A DNA stretch of 64,000 nucleotides from Candidatus Krumholzibacteriia bacterium (GTDB lineage: Bacteria > Krumholzibacteriota > Krumholzibacteriia > LZORAL124-64-63). Positions 27,693-38,537 of the stretch are shown one piece after another. Position 1 is the first letter of the stretch. Each line of letters begins with the position of its first letter. The stretch covers positions 32,001 to 96,000 of the forward strand of contig JBFXKG010000006.1 of NCBI GenBank assembly GCA_050174015.1, written 5' to 3'. The translations under genes were made by a program, and so were the position numbers. The notes beneath the pieces were generated by a model. It was not told the DNA's origin. It saw only the letters and a list, made by a program, of their open reading frames with translations, and did not search any database.

Positions 27693-28762
27693 CCATCATC
27701 GACCGCCACCTGCTTTCCACCTTCCTCCGCAACCTGGGCCACACCCTGGTCGGAACCCTGGTCCTCTTCACCTTGATGGACCTGCTGGACCACATGGGCA
27801 GCTTCGTGGACAATTCCGCCGACCTCTCCATGGTCCTCCGTTACTACCTGTACAAGAGCGCCTGGACCATCGACACCGTCCTGCCCGTCGCCACCCTCAT
27901 GGCCGTCCTGTTCACCGTGGGGACCATGGCCCGCTACCTGGAGATGACGGCCCTCTTCGCCGTCGGCCGGTCCCTCCTGCAGGTGTGCGCCCCTTTGATC
28001 GCCGTGGCCTTCCTCCTGTCCCTGGGGTCCATGGCCTGGCGGGAGTACGTCCTGCCCGAGGCCAACGTGCGGATGCACAAGGTCTGGGAGGTGGAGATCC
28101 ACAAGAATCCCGACACCATCAACCCCACCGAGCACATCGCCATCCGGGGGCCCGACGACCGCAAGTACTACGCCCGCAAGTTCGACCCCGGCACGGGCAT
28201 CCTGCGGGGCCTGAAGATCATGACCGTGGACGGCGCGAAGGTCGTCGAGCGCATCGACGCCGACCGGGCCGAGTGGAACGGCAGGCAGTGGACTCTCGTG
28301 GGCGTGGTCAAGCGGGAATTCCGGGGCGAGGAGGAGATCACCACCCAATACGCCCGGCTGACCGCGACCGACCTGACCATCGACCCGAAGGGTTTCTACC
28401 GTGACCGCATCCGGCAGGAGGACATGAACATCCGGCAGCTGCGGGACCACGCGGAACTCATCCGGGAAAGCGGGGGAAATCCCACGACCGCCCTGGTGGA
28501 CATCCAGTTCCAGCTGGCCTTCCCCTGGGTCAACCTCATCGTGGCCCTCATCGGGGTGGTCCTGGCCTCCGGTCCCCGCAAGACCACCATCGCCTCGGGC
28601 TTCGGCCTGACGCTGCTGATCAGCTTCGGCTACTACATGTTCATGAATTTCGGGAAGAGTTTCGGCCATTCGGGGACCCTGCCTCCGGCCGTGTCCGCCT
28701 GGGCAGGCAACGTCTTCTTCCTCACGCTGTTCCTGATCCTGTTCCTGAGGGCCCGCCGCTGA
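27689..28762 (+). CDS. lptG: LPS export ABC permease, LptG-like
   Basis: MTIIDRHLL, LEMTAL, LAFPW, AWAGNV; ATGA overlap with lptF. Confidence 0.88.
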   Translation: MTIIDRHLLSTFLRNLGHTLVGTLVLFTLMDLLDHMGSFVDNSADLSMVLRYYLYKSAWTIDTVLPVATLMAVLFTVGTMARYLEMTALFAVGRSLLQVCAPLIAVAFLLSLGSMAWREYVLPEANVRMHKVWEVEIHKNPDTINPTEHIAIRGPDDRKYYARKFDPGTGILRGLKIMTVDGAKVVERIDADRAEWNGRQWTLVGVVKREFRGEEEITTQYARLTATDLTIDPKGFYRDRIRQEDMNIRQLRDHAELIRESGGNPTTALVDIQFQLAFPWVNLIVALIGVVLASGPRKTTIASGFGLTLLISFGYYMFMNFGKSFGHSGTLPPAVSAWAGNVFFLTLFLILFLRARR

Positions 28763-28792
28763 CCACCGGCCAGGGCCGCCGGGTCGGGGGAT

Positions 28793-28821
28793 TTGACTGG
28801 ACGGCTTGTGCCCGCTATCCT
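28793..28821 (+). promoter_or_regulatory. sigma70-type promoter
   Basis: TTGACT-N17-TATCCT. Confidence 0.5.
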
Positions 28822-28921
28822 AGTTTCCTAAATTGATGCGACCAGGCAGGGGGCGATCCTCCTGGGCGGCAGCCCAGGGATCACCCGTTTCCAGCCACCC
28901 CACAGGGAGAATACCAATCTC

Positions 28922-29668
28922 ATGAAACGCGCCTGTTTGATCCTGCTTCCGGCTGCAGTGCTCGCGTGCGCCGGTCTGACCGGATGCAACGACGAATCCA
29001 AGCCCGCCTTCACGCGGATCAACGTCACCCCGGGTTGCGGGGTGGTCCCTCTCCTGGTCGAAGGCTACGCCGTCGTTTCCGGAGGCGACGAGAGCGGGAG
29101 CCCCACCGGCGGCAACAACAACCTGGACATCACCTGGAGCTTCGGGGACGGCCACACCGCCAACACGTCCATCGCCTACAACCGCTACACCGATCCCGGC
29201 GACTACCTCGTCACCGTCCGGGCCGAGGACCCCTCCGGCAACACCACCACCATCACCTACCCCGTCCGGGCTCTTGCCGACAGCCTCGTCATCGAGGGTT
29301 ACAGCAACTTCCCCGACGGAATCGTGACCACAGCGGACACCGTCCGCTTCGATTGCCTGGCGGCCTCCTGCGACATCGACCCCGATTCCTACGTCCCCGA
29401 CGATCCCGCCACCGCGATCGACGAGGAGATGTTCGGCGACTACGTCAAGCTGACCTTCGAGTGGGACATGGATTACGGATTCCTGGACGTGGGCGATCCC
29501 TTCAATCCCGACGATGACGAGTGGTTCCAGTACGTCTACCGCACGAAGAACCCGGTCTTCAGCTTCCCCGAAGCCGGGGAATACGACGTCGTCCTGGCCA
29601 TGACCTACCCCGCCTGGGCCGTGACCCGCTGGGACACCCTGCACTTCGTGGTGAGCGAGGCCCCCTGA
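28922..29668 (+). CDS. Acidic PKD-domain lipoprotein
   Basis: Lipobox LTGC; PKD WSFGDG...YTDPGDYLVTV; a second PKD-like repeat FEWDMD...AGEYDVVL. Confidence 0.78.
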   Translation: MKRACLILLPAAVLACAGLTGCNDESKPAFTRINVTPGCGVVPLLVEGYAVVSGGDESGSPTGGNNNLDITWSFGDGHTANTSIAYNRYTDPGDYLVTVRAEDPSGNTTTITYPVRALADSLVIEGYSNFPDGIVTTADTVRFDCLAASCDIDPDSYVPDDPATAIDEEMFGDYVKLTFEWDMDYGFLDVGDPFNPDDDEWFQYVYRTKNPVFSFPEAGEYDVVLAMTYPAWAVTRWDTLHFVVSEAP

Positions 29669-29698
29669 GCCGCAGCCGGACGGCGTTCCCGACCAGGA

Positions 29699-29728
29699 AA
29701 CAGGGCCCTTGCGGGCCCTGTTCCTTTT
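29699..29728. terminator. Intrinsic terminator between convergent genes
   Basis: AACAGGGCCC-TTGC-GGGCCCTGTT-CCTTTT. Confidence 0.8.
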
Positions 29729-29746
29729 CGCCTGCAGCTTCCCGGG

Positions 29747-30889
29747 CTAGACGTTCTTCTTGAGGGCCTCGACCAGGTCCGTCCGCTCCCAGGTGAATTC
29801 CACGTCGTCGCGGCCGAAATGCCCGTAGGCCGCGGTCCGGCGGAAGACGGGCTTGCGCAGATCCAGATGCTCGATGATCCCCGCCGGGGTCAGATCCATC
29901 ACCTTCCGCAGGGCCTGGTTGATCACCCCGGAGGGGACGGCGCCCGTCCCGTAGGTCTCGACGGACACGGAGACCGGCTCGGCCACGCCGATGGCGTAGG
30001 CGATCTGCAGCTGGCAACGGTCGGCCAGGCCGGCGGCCACCACGTTCTTGGCAAGGTACCGGGCGGCGTAGGCCGCCGAACGGTCCACCTTGGTGGTGTC
30101 CTTTCCGCTGAAGGCCCCTCCCCCGTGGCAGGCCGATCCCCCGTAGGTGTCGACGATGATCTTGCGCCCGGTCAACCCGCAGTCGCCGACCGGTCCCCCG
30201 GTGACGAACCTGCCGGTGGGATTGATGAAGACTTCCATTTCGTCGTGATCCACGCCGAAGTCGCGGAGGACCGGCTCGATCACGTGGGTGCGGATCCCTT
30301 CATGGATCTCCGGATTCCCCACCGCCGCGTCATGCTGGGTCGAGACCACGACGGCCGTGACGGCCACGGGCCTGCTTCCCTCGTAGGCCACGGTCACCTG
30401 CGTCTTGCCGTCGGGGCGGGCCCAGGGCAGGGTGCCGTCCTTGCGCACCAGGGACAGGCGGCGGGCCAGACGGTGGGCCAGCGTGATGGGCAGGGGCATC
30501 AGGACGTCGGTCTCCCGGCAGGCGTAGCCGAACATCAGGCCCTGATCGCCGGCCCCCCCGGTGTCCACGCCCTGGGCGATGTCCAGCGACTGCTTGTCGA
30601 TGGAGACGTTGACCGCGCAGGAATCGGCGTCGAAACCCATGGTCGAGGAGGTGTAGCCGATGTCCCGGATGACTCCCCGGGCCAGCTCGGGCAATTCCAC
30701 GTAGGTCCGGGTCGAGATCTCCCCGGCGAGGAAGACGAGTCCCGTGGTGACCAGGGTCTCGCAGGCGACCCGGCCGTTCGGATCGTCCGTCAGGATGGCG
30801 TCCACCACCGCGTCGCTGATCTGGTCGGCGATCTTGTCCGGATGCCCTTCCGTCACCGATTCGCTGGTGAACAGGTTTCTCTCGCTCAT
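29747..30889 (-). CDS. metK: S-adenosylmethionine synthetase
   Basis: [28 protein letters not shown]. Confidence 0.98.
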   Translation of the reverse strand: MSERNLFTSESVTEGHPDKIADQISDAVVDAILTDDPNGRVACETLVTTGLVFLAGEISTRTYVELPELARGVIRDIGYTSSTMGFDADSCAVNVSIDKQSLDIAQGVDTGGAGDQGLMFGYACRETDVLMPLPITLAHRLARRLSLVRKDGTLPWARPDGKTQVTVAYEGSRPVAVTAVVVSTQHDAAVGNPEIHEGIRTHVIEPVLRDFGVDHDEMEVFINPTGRFVTGGPVGDCGLTGRKIIVDTYGGSACHGGGAFSGKDTTKVDRSAAYAARYLAKNVVAAGLADRCQLQIAYAIGVAEPVSVSVETYGTGAVPSGVINQALRKVMDLTPAGIIEHLDLRKPVFRRTAAYGHFGRDDVEFTWERTDLVEALKKNV

Positions 30890-30922
30890 TGTGCCTCTCT
30901 TCCGGCGCCGGCCACCCGACCG

Positions 30923-31894
30923 TCAGGAGCCGCGCACTTTACAGAAATCGCCGACGTTGACCACGCCGGCGGCCTTTTCCAGGATACATTCGTTGCCGAC
31001 CAGGCTCCGGTCAAGCCTGCAATCCCGCAGGATGGCCCCGTCACCGATCACGCAATCGCTCAGGACGCAGTCCTCCACCACGGTCCCCGAACCGATGGAC
31101 ACGTAGGGCCCCACCCGGGATCCCCTGATGACCGCATCGGCGGCGATGTGGCAGGGATGGATCACCTGGGCGCCGCCCCCACCCTCGCCCGCCCGGTCCA
31201 GCAGGATCCGGTTGGTCTCCAGCCAGGTGTCAGGCTTTCCGCAATCGTACCAGTCGGTGACCGGGGCGATGGTGAAGTGCACCCCGCCCTCGACCATGAA
31301 TTGCAGGGCGTCGGTAAGCTGGTACTCCCCCTTGGTGCGGACGTCCCCGGTCACGACCCGGTCCAGGCCCGACCAGAGGGCGGGGGCGTCGCGGAACAGG
31401 TAGGCGCCGACGATGGCCAGGTTGCTGGGCGGAACGTCGGGTTTCTCGACGAACCGGGCCACCCGGTCCCCGGCCATCTCCACCACGCCGAAGCGCCTGG
31501 GATCGGCGACTTCCCGGACGGCGATCAGGCTCCGGTCGCTGCCCAGAAGGGCCGCGTAGTCGGCCTTGAGGATGGTGTCTCCCAGGATGCAGAAGAAGGC
31601 CTGGTCCCCCAGGGCTTCCCGCGCCGTCCAGATGGCGTGCCCCAGCCCCAGCCGCTGTTTCTGCTCCACGAAGGTGATGTCGAGCCCGGGCCTCTCGCGC
31701 TCGAACCAGCGGCGGACCTCTTCGCCGTGGTAACCGACGATCAGCACGAACCCCTCGATCCCGGCGTCGGTCAAGTCATCCATGATGTGGGCCAGGATGG
31801 GCTTGCCGGCCACCGGCAACAGGGCCTTGGGCTTGTTCAGGGTATGGGGACGCAGCCGGGTGCCGATCCCGGCGGCGGGGATGACTGCCTTCAT
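30923..31894 (-). CDS. Sugar-phosphate nucleotidyltransferase with hexapeptide C-terminus
   Basis: MKAVIPAAGIGTRLRPHT...PKAL, EKP, WYDCG. Confidence 0.9.
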   Translation of the reverse strand: MKAVIPAAGIGTRLRPHTLNKPKALLPVAGKPILAHIMDDLTDAGIEGFVLIVGYHGEEVRRWFERERPGLDITFVEQKQRLGLGHAIWTAREALGDQAFFCILGDTILKADYAALLGSDRSLIAVREVADPRRFGVVEMAGDRVARFVEKPDVPPSNLAIVGAYLFRDAPALWSGLDRVVTGDVRTKGEYQLTDALQFMVEGGVHFTIAPVTDWYDCGKPDTWLETNRILLDRAGEGGGGAQVIHPCHIAADAVIRGSRVGPYVSIGSGTVVEDCVLSDCVIGDGAILRDCRLDRSLVGNECILEKAAGVVNVGDFCKVRGS

Positions 31895-33000
31895 CAGGAC
31901 TCCTCGGGGCGACGGCCGCTTCCCCGGGGCGCGGGCCCCCGGGCAAGGACCCGCTTGAGCCGCTCGATCCGTTCGACGGGAACGGGATCGAGCCCCCGCC
32001 GGGCGGCCAGGTGACAGGACAGGAAATCGCCGTACTGGACGAGGGACATGATCCTGGCCAGGGGCTCGTCCCCGGCGGGGCGCAGGACCGTCGGCTCGGG
32101 AAACTGGCCCGCGAGCAGGTCCAGGGTGGTCCGCACGCGGAGGCCGAGACGCCCATCCGGGTCCGGACCGGAATCCAGGACGATCAGCCGGCAGTCCTCG
32201 GGCGGGACCGTGCCGGGCTCCCAGCCCACCAGGTCGTTGTGGTCGAGTTCGGGGAACGCAGCCAGCAGGGCCGGAGACTTGCCGTTCTCGTTCAACTGGG
32301 CCTTGAGGCGCAGGCCGGCGGCGTGGGCCTCCCCGCCGGCGGTGAAGATCACCGGCAGCTTGCCCGCCAGGTCGCTCGCCAGGCCGGCGCAATCGGGCCA
32401 GCCGTCGGGATCAGGTCCGGCAGGAGGGTATCCCGGTCCGCGGGGGCCTGCGGCCGCCTCGAGCCAGCGGGCGGCGGCGGCGATCCTCCGGTCGGCGGAG
32501 ACCACCAGGCCCAGGTGGCCCAGGACCCGGACCAGCGCCCCCAGCCCGTACCCGAGGGACGCGCGGGGAGGCAGCCCCCCCGGCAGGACCACCACGGGAA
32601 AACCATGGCTTCCTGCGAGTTCCGTCAGGGCGCCGCCGGAGCTGAGGGAGACAACGGGACAGCTCCTCTCCAGGGCGGCTTCCACGCCCGAAAGGGTTTC
32701 CTCGGTGTTGCCGGAATAGGAGCTGGCGATGACCAGGTCCCCCCCGTCGCACCAGCCGGGCAGACCGTAGTCCCGCCAGACGGTCAGGGAGGAGGTCCCT
32801 GCCTCCAGCAGGGGCTGGACGAGGTCCCCGGCGATGGCGGATCCGCCCATGCCGCACAGGATCACCCGCTTGCCCGGAACCGGGGGGGCGGAGGCGACCC
32901 GGTCCAGGCCCGCCAGGTCGGCGCTGGCGAGCATCTGGCGGGACAGGTCCTCCACGAGGCCGAACATGGACCTGAGGCCGGGCTGGCTGTCGTCGGTCAC
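31894..33000 (-). CDS. Bifunctional phosphoglucose/phosphomannose isomerase (SIS family)
   Basis: GMGGSAIAGD, SYSGNTEET, QLNENGK, PELDHN. Confidence 0.9.
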   Translation of the reverse strand: MTDDSQPGLRSMFGLVEDLSRQMLASADLAGLDRVASAPPVPGKRVILCGMGGSAIAGDLVQPLLEAGTSSLTVWRDYGLPGWCDGGDLVIASSYSGNTEETLSGVEAALERSCPVVSLSSGGALTELAGSHGFPVVVLPGGLPPRASLGYGLGALVRVLGHLGLVVSADRRIAAAARWLEAAAGPRGPGYPPAGPDPDGWPDCAGLASDLAGKLPVIFTAGGEAHAAGLRLKAQLNENGKSPALLAAFPELDHNDLVGWEPGTVPPEDCRLIVLDSGPDPDGRLGLRVRTTLDLLAGQFPEPTVLRPAGDEPLARIMSLVQYGDFLSCHLAARRGLDPVPVERIERLKRVLARGPAPRGSGRRPEES

Positions 33001-34748
33001 GGCTGCTCCTCCAGGCGCCGGCGCTTGCGCTCGGCGATGTAGTCGGCAAGGAATGCGTTGGCCTCGGCCGCCGTCCCGGTCTGGAGCAGGTCGGCGACGA
33101 GATTCCCAGCCTCCCCCGAATCGGTCCAGCGGATCACCTGCTTGATCTTGGGCAGGGCGGCGCCGTGGGTGCTGATCTCGTCCAGCCCCAGCCCCAGCAG
33201 GACCTCCGCCAGGCGCGTCTCCGACCCCATCTCCCCGCAAAGACCGGCCCAGATTCCGGCCGCGTGGGCCGCCTCCACGACCGCCCGGATGCTCCGCAGG
33301 ATGGCCGGATGCAGGGGCTGGTAGAGATAGCTCACGCGGCTGTTGCCGCGGTCCATCGCCAGGGTGTACTGGATGAGATCGTTGCTGCCGATGCTGAAGA
33401 AGTCGCACTCGGCCGCGAGCAGGGGCGCGGCCAGGACGGCCGAAGGGGTTTCCACCATGATCCCGAGATCGACCCCGCGGGCATGGGGCTGCCCGGCGGC
33501 CTCCAGCTCGGCGAGGGCCTCGGCGCAGATCTCCCGGGCCTCGCGCAGTTCCTCCAGGCCCGTGATCATGGGGAACATCAGCTTGATGGGGCCCTGCTCC
33601 CCCGCCCGGAAGATGGCCTTGATCTGGGTCTTGAACAGGGGACGGTTGGCGAGGGAGAACCGGATGCCCCGCCACCCGAGGAAGGGGTTGTACTCCCGCG
33701 TGGCGCCGAGATACCCGCTGACCTTGTCCCCCCCCACGTCCAGGGTCCTGAAGATGACCGGCCGGCCTTCCATGCGCCGGACGATCTCGCTGTAGACCCG
33801 GACCTGGTCCTCCTCGGTGGGAATGGTCTTGTGCTGGAAGAACAGGTATTCGGTCCTCAGCAGGCCGATGCCCTCGGCCCCCCTGGCCAGAGCCTCGTCG
33901 ACCTCGACCGGCAGTTCGATGTTGGCCATCATGCGCACGCGGCGCCCGTCAGGGGTCACCGCCGGCAGGTCCCTGAGTCCGGACAGCTTCTCGTTGACCA
34001 CGACCTGCTGCCGGCTGAGCAACCGCAGGTTCTCGGCGGCCCCGGGTTCCGGGTCGATCAGGACCTTGCCTGCGATCCCGTCCACGCCGACGGTCTGGCC
34101 CTCCGCCAGGGCGGCCGCCACCCCCCTGAGGCCGACCACGGCTGGAACGCCCAGCGAACGTGCGAGGATGGCCACGTGGCTCGTGGCGCCGCCCTCGTCC
34201 ATCACGAAGCCCAGGACATTGTCACGGCCGAGGGCGGCGGTATCGCTGGGGGAGAGGTTGCGGGCGGCGATGATGGAGGGGCGCTGAGGCGCCCGGAACG
34301 CCGGCGGGCCGCCGCCGGCGAATCCACGCAGGACGCGCTGTTCGACGTCCTTGAGATCGGTGACCCGTTCGCGGAACGTCTCGTCCTCGATCTCCAGGAA
34401 CCGGGAGACGATGTCCCCGATCGCCCGGGTGAAGGCCGCTTCGGCGTTGATCCGCTCCAGGCGGATGACCGCCAGGGTGGCGTCCCAGACCAGTTCATCC
34501 TCGAGGATAAGGAGCTGACTGGCCAGGATCTCCCCCTCGTCGGCTCCCAGCTCGCGGGAGATGCTGCGCACGAGTTCCTGGATCTCGGACCGGGCGCACG
34601 CCACCGCCTCGCGGAACCGCTCGATCTCGGTGCCGATGCCGGATGCGGGGATGGACCGGCGTTCGGGCACGAGCATGGCGGTGGCGATCAGGTGCACCGG
34701 CCCGACGGCGTACCCTGGGGAAGCGGCGATGCCCAGGTGTGCGTCCAC
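32997..34748 (-). CDS. ptsI: PTS enzyme I
   Basis: GGATSHVAILARS, GLLRTE, RTLDVGGDK, NPFLGWRG, SIGSNDL, CGE. Confidence 0.96.
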   Translation of the reverse strand: MDAHLGIAASPGYAVGPVHLIATAMLVPERRSIPASGIGTEIERFREAVACARSEIQELVRSISRELGADEGEILASQLLILEDELVWDATLAVIRLERINAEAAFTRAIGDIVSRFLEIEDETFRERVTDLKDVEQRVLRGFAGGGPPAFRAPQRPSIIAARNLSPSDTAALGRDNVLGFVMDEGGATSHVAILARSLGVPAVVGLRGVAAALAEGQTVGVDGIAGKVLIDPEPGAAENLRLLSRQQVVVNEKLSGLRDLPAVTPDGRRVRMMANIELPVEVDEALARGAEGIGLLRTEYLFFQHKTIPTEEDQVRVYSEIVRRMEGRPVIFRTLDVGGDKVSGYLGATREYNPFLGWRGIRFSLANRPLFKTQIKAIFRAGEQGPIKLMFPMITGLEELREAREICAEALAELEAAGQPHARGVDLGIMVETPSAVLAAPLLAAECDFFSIGSNDLIQYTLAMDRGNSRVSYLYQPLHPAILRSIRAVVEAAHAAGIWAGLCGEMGSETRLAEVLLGLGLDEISTHGAALPKIKQVIRWTDSGEAGNLVADLLQTGTAAEANAFLADYIAERKRRRLEEQP

Positions 34749-34749
34749 T

Positions 34750-35028
34750 TCAGTTCCCGTCCTCCGGATGGGCCAGGTCCACGGAGATGAGCTTGATCAT
34801 CAGGGGAGCGACCGAGTCCTCGTCAGGGCCGTCGATCTCGATCTCCACCTCGGTTCCGAACTCGGCCGCCAGACTTGCCAGGCCCATGATGCTCTTGGCG
34901 TTGGCCACTTTTCCGTTGTACCTGATGGTCACCAGGGAGGAAAAGGTCTTGGTCAGCTTGACGATCCTGCCGGCTGCGCGGAGGTGGAAACCGACGGGGT
35001 CGGCGACCATGGCTTTCACTGTTTTCAA
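34750..35028 (-). CDS. ptsH: Phosphocarrier protein HPr
   Basis: GFHLRAAG (His15 equivalent) and NAKSIMGL (Ser46 equivalent); start TTG 35028 or ATG 35010. Confidence 0.9.
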   Translation of the reverse strand: MKTVKAMVADPVGFHLRAAGRIVKLTKTFSSLVTIRYNGKVANAKSIMGLASLAAEFGTEVEIEIDGPDEDSVAPLMIKLISVDLAHPEDGN

Positions 35029-35090
35029 GTCCGGATTCCCTTGACGGAGGGGATTATCGTTTTCAGGTGCATAATTTAGCTCCCAGCCGG

Positions 35091-35855
35091 TCAAATGGCA
35101 AAACCCGCGGCCAGGGCCAGGGCGGTCGCCGCCAGCAGCATGATCTCCCCCGGCAACCGCTTGCGGATCAAGAGGGGCAACCCGATCCCCAGGATCACTC
35201 CCACCCAGACGAGATCCCCCGCCAACACCCCCGAGAATTCCTGGACCTTCACCATGTAGGTCCCCGCGACCATGCCGGTCAGGGTCATGGCGATCTTCTT
35301 GGAGGCCCGGATGGCGCGGTGCCAGGCCGGATGACGCAGCAGGCGCAGGATATCACGTCCCAGGGCATAGCCCCAGCCCAGGGCGGCCCAGCGGATCACC
35401 AGTTGCATGACGGCGAAGACCAGGATCACCAGGACCGCACCCAGGGCGTGCCCCGTCAGGGCCACCAGGCAGGCGGCCATGATCAGGGCTGGGCGCAGTC
35501 CGAGCCAGAAGAGCTGATCGCCAAGGGAGGCCAGGGTCCGGCCCAGGGAATCCCGGTAGGTCGCGATGAGATCCAGGGGCACATCCAAACCGGCCCGGCG
35601 ATCGTCCTCGAGGCGCACCAGACCGCCGATCAGGAAGTTGGCCAGATAGGGGTTGGTGTTGAAGAACTCGAAATAGCGGCGGCAGAACAGGCGGTTCTGG
35701 TTCGGATCGGAGGCTTGCCGCTGGAGCCAGGGCAACAGGCTGAAAAGCAGGCCGAGATTCTGCATCCTCTGGTGATTCCAGGAGGCCTGCAGGCTGAGGC
35801 TGCGGAAGAAGATCCGCAGGCGCAGCGTCCGATCGAAGCCACCGTGCGCCCTCAT
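35091..35855 (-). CDS. PTS mannose-family EIID
   Basis: QASWNHQRMQNLG, FFNTNP, SLGDQLFW. Confidence 0.9.
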   Translation of the reverse strand: MRAHGGFDRTLRLRIFFRSLSLQASWNHQRMQNLGLLFSLLPWLQRQASDPNQNRLFCRRYFEFFNTNPYLANFLIGGLVRLEDDRRAGLDVPLDLIATYRDSLGRTLASLGDQLFWLGLRPALIMAACLVALTGHALGAVLVILVFAVMQLVIRWAALGWGYALGRDILRLLRHPAWHRAIRASKKIAMTLTGMVAGTYMVKVQEFSGVLAGDLVWVGVILGIGLPLLIRKRLPGEIMLLAATALALAAGFAI

Positions 35856-36607
35856 GCCCACCCCCCGACCCGGGCCAGGAGGTAGGCGGCCAGCGCCCCT
35901 CCCGCCACCCATGACCAGTTGCGGCGCCAGCCGAACCTCTCGACCATGGTGCCGATCCCGATGCCCGGCAGCAGCAGGGGCAGCAGGGAAAGCCCGGTCC
36001 TCAGCCCGGGGCCCAGGGAGGAGAAGGCCGGCAGCCACCAGGAAGTCAACACCACGGTGAACAGCAGGCAGGCGGCGAACCCTCTCAGGAAGGTGAGTCC
36101 CAGGCACCGCAGGTGCATGAACTCCATCCGCCTGAGGGATCCGTCGCGCAGGGTCAGGCGTCCCTGCAACATCCAGACGTCGTGGGCCGAACGCTCCCCC
36201 TGGATGATGCGGTGCCCTGCCAGGCTGAGCAGACCGGCGGCGAGCAGCAGCCAGCCCAGCAGGCCCTGGGTTGCGGGCGCCTGGCCCTCGAGAGCCGGCG
36301 CGAGGCTGACCCCGGCGGCGCCCGCGGCCCCCACCACCGCCACCACCGCGGTGGTGGGATCACCGGTGAACGACTGCCCCACGGGCAGGTTGCCGATCAT
36401 CACCAGTTGCAGGGGCAGCCCCACCGCCAGACCGAGCACCGGATCCCCCACCAGCAATCCCGTCAACACCCCGCCGGGCAACGGCTGGCTGACCCAGGTC
36501 TGGGCGACGGCGGTTTCGTCGAGGCAGAGCAGGCCGGCGAGAAGGGAGACCAGTCCCAGCTGCACCCATCCCGGGTCGGCAAGGAGAAGGGCCGAGGCCG
36601 CATCCAT
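35852..36607 (-). CDS. PTS mannose-family EIIC
   Basis: CLDETAVAQTWVSQPL, GDPVLGL, LPVG; lies between EIIB and EIID. Confidence 0.82.
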   Translation of the reverse strand: MDAASALLLADPGWVQLGLVSLLAGLLCLDETAVAQTWVSQPLPGGVLTGLLVGDPVLGLAVGLPLQLVMIGNLPVGQSFTGDPTTAVVAVVGAAGAAGVSLAPALEGQAPATQGLLGWLLLAAGLLSLAGHRIIQGERSAHDVWMLQGRLTLRDGSLRRMEFMHLRCLGLTFLRGFAACLLFTVVLTSWWLPAFSSLGPGLRTGLSLLPLLLPGIGIGTMVERFGWRRNWSWVAGGALAAYLLARVGGWA

Positions 36608-37104
36608 CAGAACCTGGCCTCCATTTCCAGCACGTGGCCCAGGTCCAGGGGAAAATCCCGGCCCCCGGGCACCTGCTGCGCCCTGAGTTCGGCGCCCAGG
36701 TCGAGCAGCCGCCGCAGGGACCTCAGGTCCATGGGGTCGAGATAGACGAAGGGGAACAGCTCCTTCTTGCCCGCGGCGAAGTGGAGCCCCCCCACGTTGA
36801 CGAGGGAGATGGGGGCCCCCAGCCGCACCAGTTCGGCCATGGCGAAGACCGATCCCGTCAGGACCAGGATGCGCTCCTCGCCGGCGGCGCGGGATTTCAG
36901 GTGAGCGACGGACTCGGCGATGGACAGGACCGAGACGGCCGTGGAGGGGGGAACGGAACAGCGGTAGATCTCGGATTGCCACTCGTCCGCCGCGATGGCG
37001 TTGTCGGCCAGGAGGATCCGGTCGGGCCGCAGCTGCTGGCACCAGCCGACCGTCACCTGTCCGTGGATGAGGCGGTCGTCGATCCGGGCCAGGACGACAC
37101 CCAT
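36607..37104 (-). CDS. PTS mannose-family EIIB
   Basis: RIDDRLIHGQV, VNVGG, QQVP. Confidence 0.93.
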   Translation of the reverse strand: MGVVLARIDDRLIHGQVTVGWCQQLRPDRILLADNAIAADEWQSEIYRCSVPPSTAVSVLSIAESVAHLKSRAAGEERILVLTGSVFAMAELVRLGAPISLVNVGGLHFAAGKKELFPFVYLDPMDLRSLRRLLDLGAELRAQQVPGGRDFPLDLGHVLEMEARF

Positions 37105-37487
37105 CAACGCACCCCGACGGTGGTGATGGCCTCGCGCCCCTTGTCCACCAGCTTCCGGACCAGCACGGGGAATTCGGTCCCCTCGCGCCAGGTCACGAAT
37201 CCCAGGAGCATGGCCAGGTTGACGCCGCTGAGGATGGCGGCCTGCGGCTCCGGCCCGCAGGCGAGCTGCGCGGCGGTGGCGCAGCTGCCGCCGTAATCGT
37301 CGATGAAGATGACCGCGTGCTCCCCCGGCTCCTCGGCCAGCCACCGCTTGATCTCGGTGGTGATGTCCTGGGCCGACTTGCCGTGGTTGGACATGGCCGT
37401 CAGCCCGCTGACCTCACCCATGATCATGGCGATGACGTTGACGAGCTCCCGTCCGATCCCCCCGTGCGTCATGACAAGTCCACGCAT
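37104..37487 (-). CDS. PTS mannose-family EIIA
   Basis: VMTHG, DDYGGS, GVNLAML. Confidence 0.9.
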   Translation of the reverse strand: MRGLVMTHGGIGRELVNVIAMIMGEVSGLTAMSNHGKSAQDITTEIKRWLAEEPGEHAVIFIDDYGGSCATAAQLACGPEPQAAILSGVNLAMLLGFVTWREGTEFPVLVRKLVDKGREAITTVGVR

Positions 37488-37539
37488 GGTGTCCGCCTTT
37501 CCGACAGCCCCGTTCCCCTTCCGCGCGGGAACCGCGCCG

Positions 37540-38508
37540 TCATTCCCGGTCCTGGTCCAGGTAGCCTCGCAGCCGGTCGCTGTTGCGCATGGTCTGCAGG
37601 ATGCGTTCGTTCAGCACCTGGGCGGCGTCGTAGCCGTAGACCTTGAGCATGAAGTTCAGCGCGATGACCTCGCTGATGACGGTGATGTTCTTGCCGGGGA
37701 AGAGCGGCACCGCGACCTGGGGAATGCTCACCCCCAGGATCTCGGTGAAGCGGTTTTCCAGCCCGCTCCGCTCGTAGTCGGCGTCGTCGTCCCATTCCTG
37801 GAGCTGGACCTCGACCTCGATCCGCTTCTGCATGCGGATGGACCGGATGCCGAAGATGGCCTGGACGTCGATGACGCCCACGCCCCGGATCTCCAGGTGA
37901 TGGCGCAGCACTTCCCGGTACCGGCCGATCAGGACGTCTTCCCCGGTGCGGGTGATCTCCACGATGTCGTCGGCGACCAGCCGGTGCCCGCGCTCGATCA
38001 GGTCCAGGGCGCATTCGCTCTTGCCGATTCCGCTGCGCCCGGTGAACAGCAAACCGACGCCGTAGACGTCCACCAGGGTCCCGTGGACCTCGGTCCGGGG
38101 AGAGAACAGCCTCTCGAGGTTGTGGGCGAGTTCGGAGAGGAATTCGACCGCAGGCAGGGCGGACCGGATGAGGGGGAACTGCCGCTCCCTGACCAGCTGC
38201 AGGATCGGCGGAGGCACGGACTGGTCCATGGCGATGAAGATGACCGGAGGTTCGAGGTCGAGCACGCGCTGGACCGCGGTCCGCTGCTCCCCGGGCTCGA
38301 GGGTGGTCAGATAGGCCGTCTCGGATTCCCCGAAGACCTGGATGCGCTGGGGCAGGAAGTTCTCCGCGAAACCCATGAGGGCCATGCCCGGCCGGTGGAC
38401 GTCCTTGGCCCGGATCACGACCGGTTCGTCAGGCATCTCCCCCAGCAGGTCGAGCATCAACGGGACCCTCAGCTCCTGGTAGAGCTTCTGGACCGTGACC
38501 TCGGGCAT
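37540..38508 (-). CDS. hprK: HPr kinase/phosphorylase
   Basis: HGTLVDVYGVG, GRSGIGKSE, LVADD, EIRGVG. Confidence 0.96.
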   Translation of the reverse strand: MPEVTVQKLYQELRVPLMLDLLGEMPDEPVVIRAKDVHRPGMALMGFAENFLPQRIQVFGESETAYLTTLEPGEQRTAVQRVLDLEPPVIFIAMDQSVPPPILQLVRERQFPLIRSALPAVEFLSELAHNLERLFSPRTEVHGTLVDVYGVGLLFTGRSGIGKSECALDLIERGHRLVADDIVEITRTGEDVLIGRYREVLRHHLEIRGVGVIDVQAIFGIRSIRMQKRIEVEVQLQEWDDDADYERSGLENRFTEILGVSIPQVAVPLFPGKNITVISEVIALNFMLKVYGYDAAQVLNERILQTMRNSDRLRGYLDQDRE

Positions 38509-38537
38509 GGTGCCCCCCTGTGCCACGTGCCGGCCCC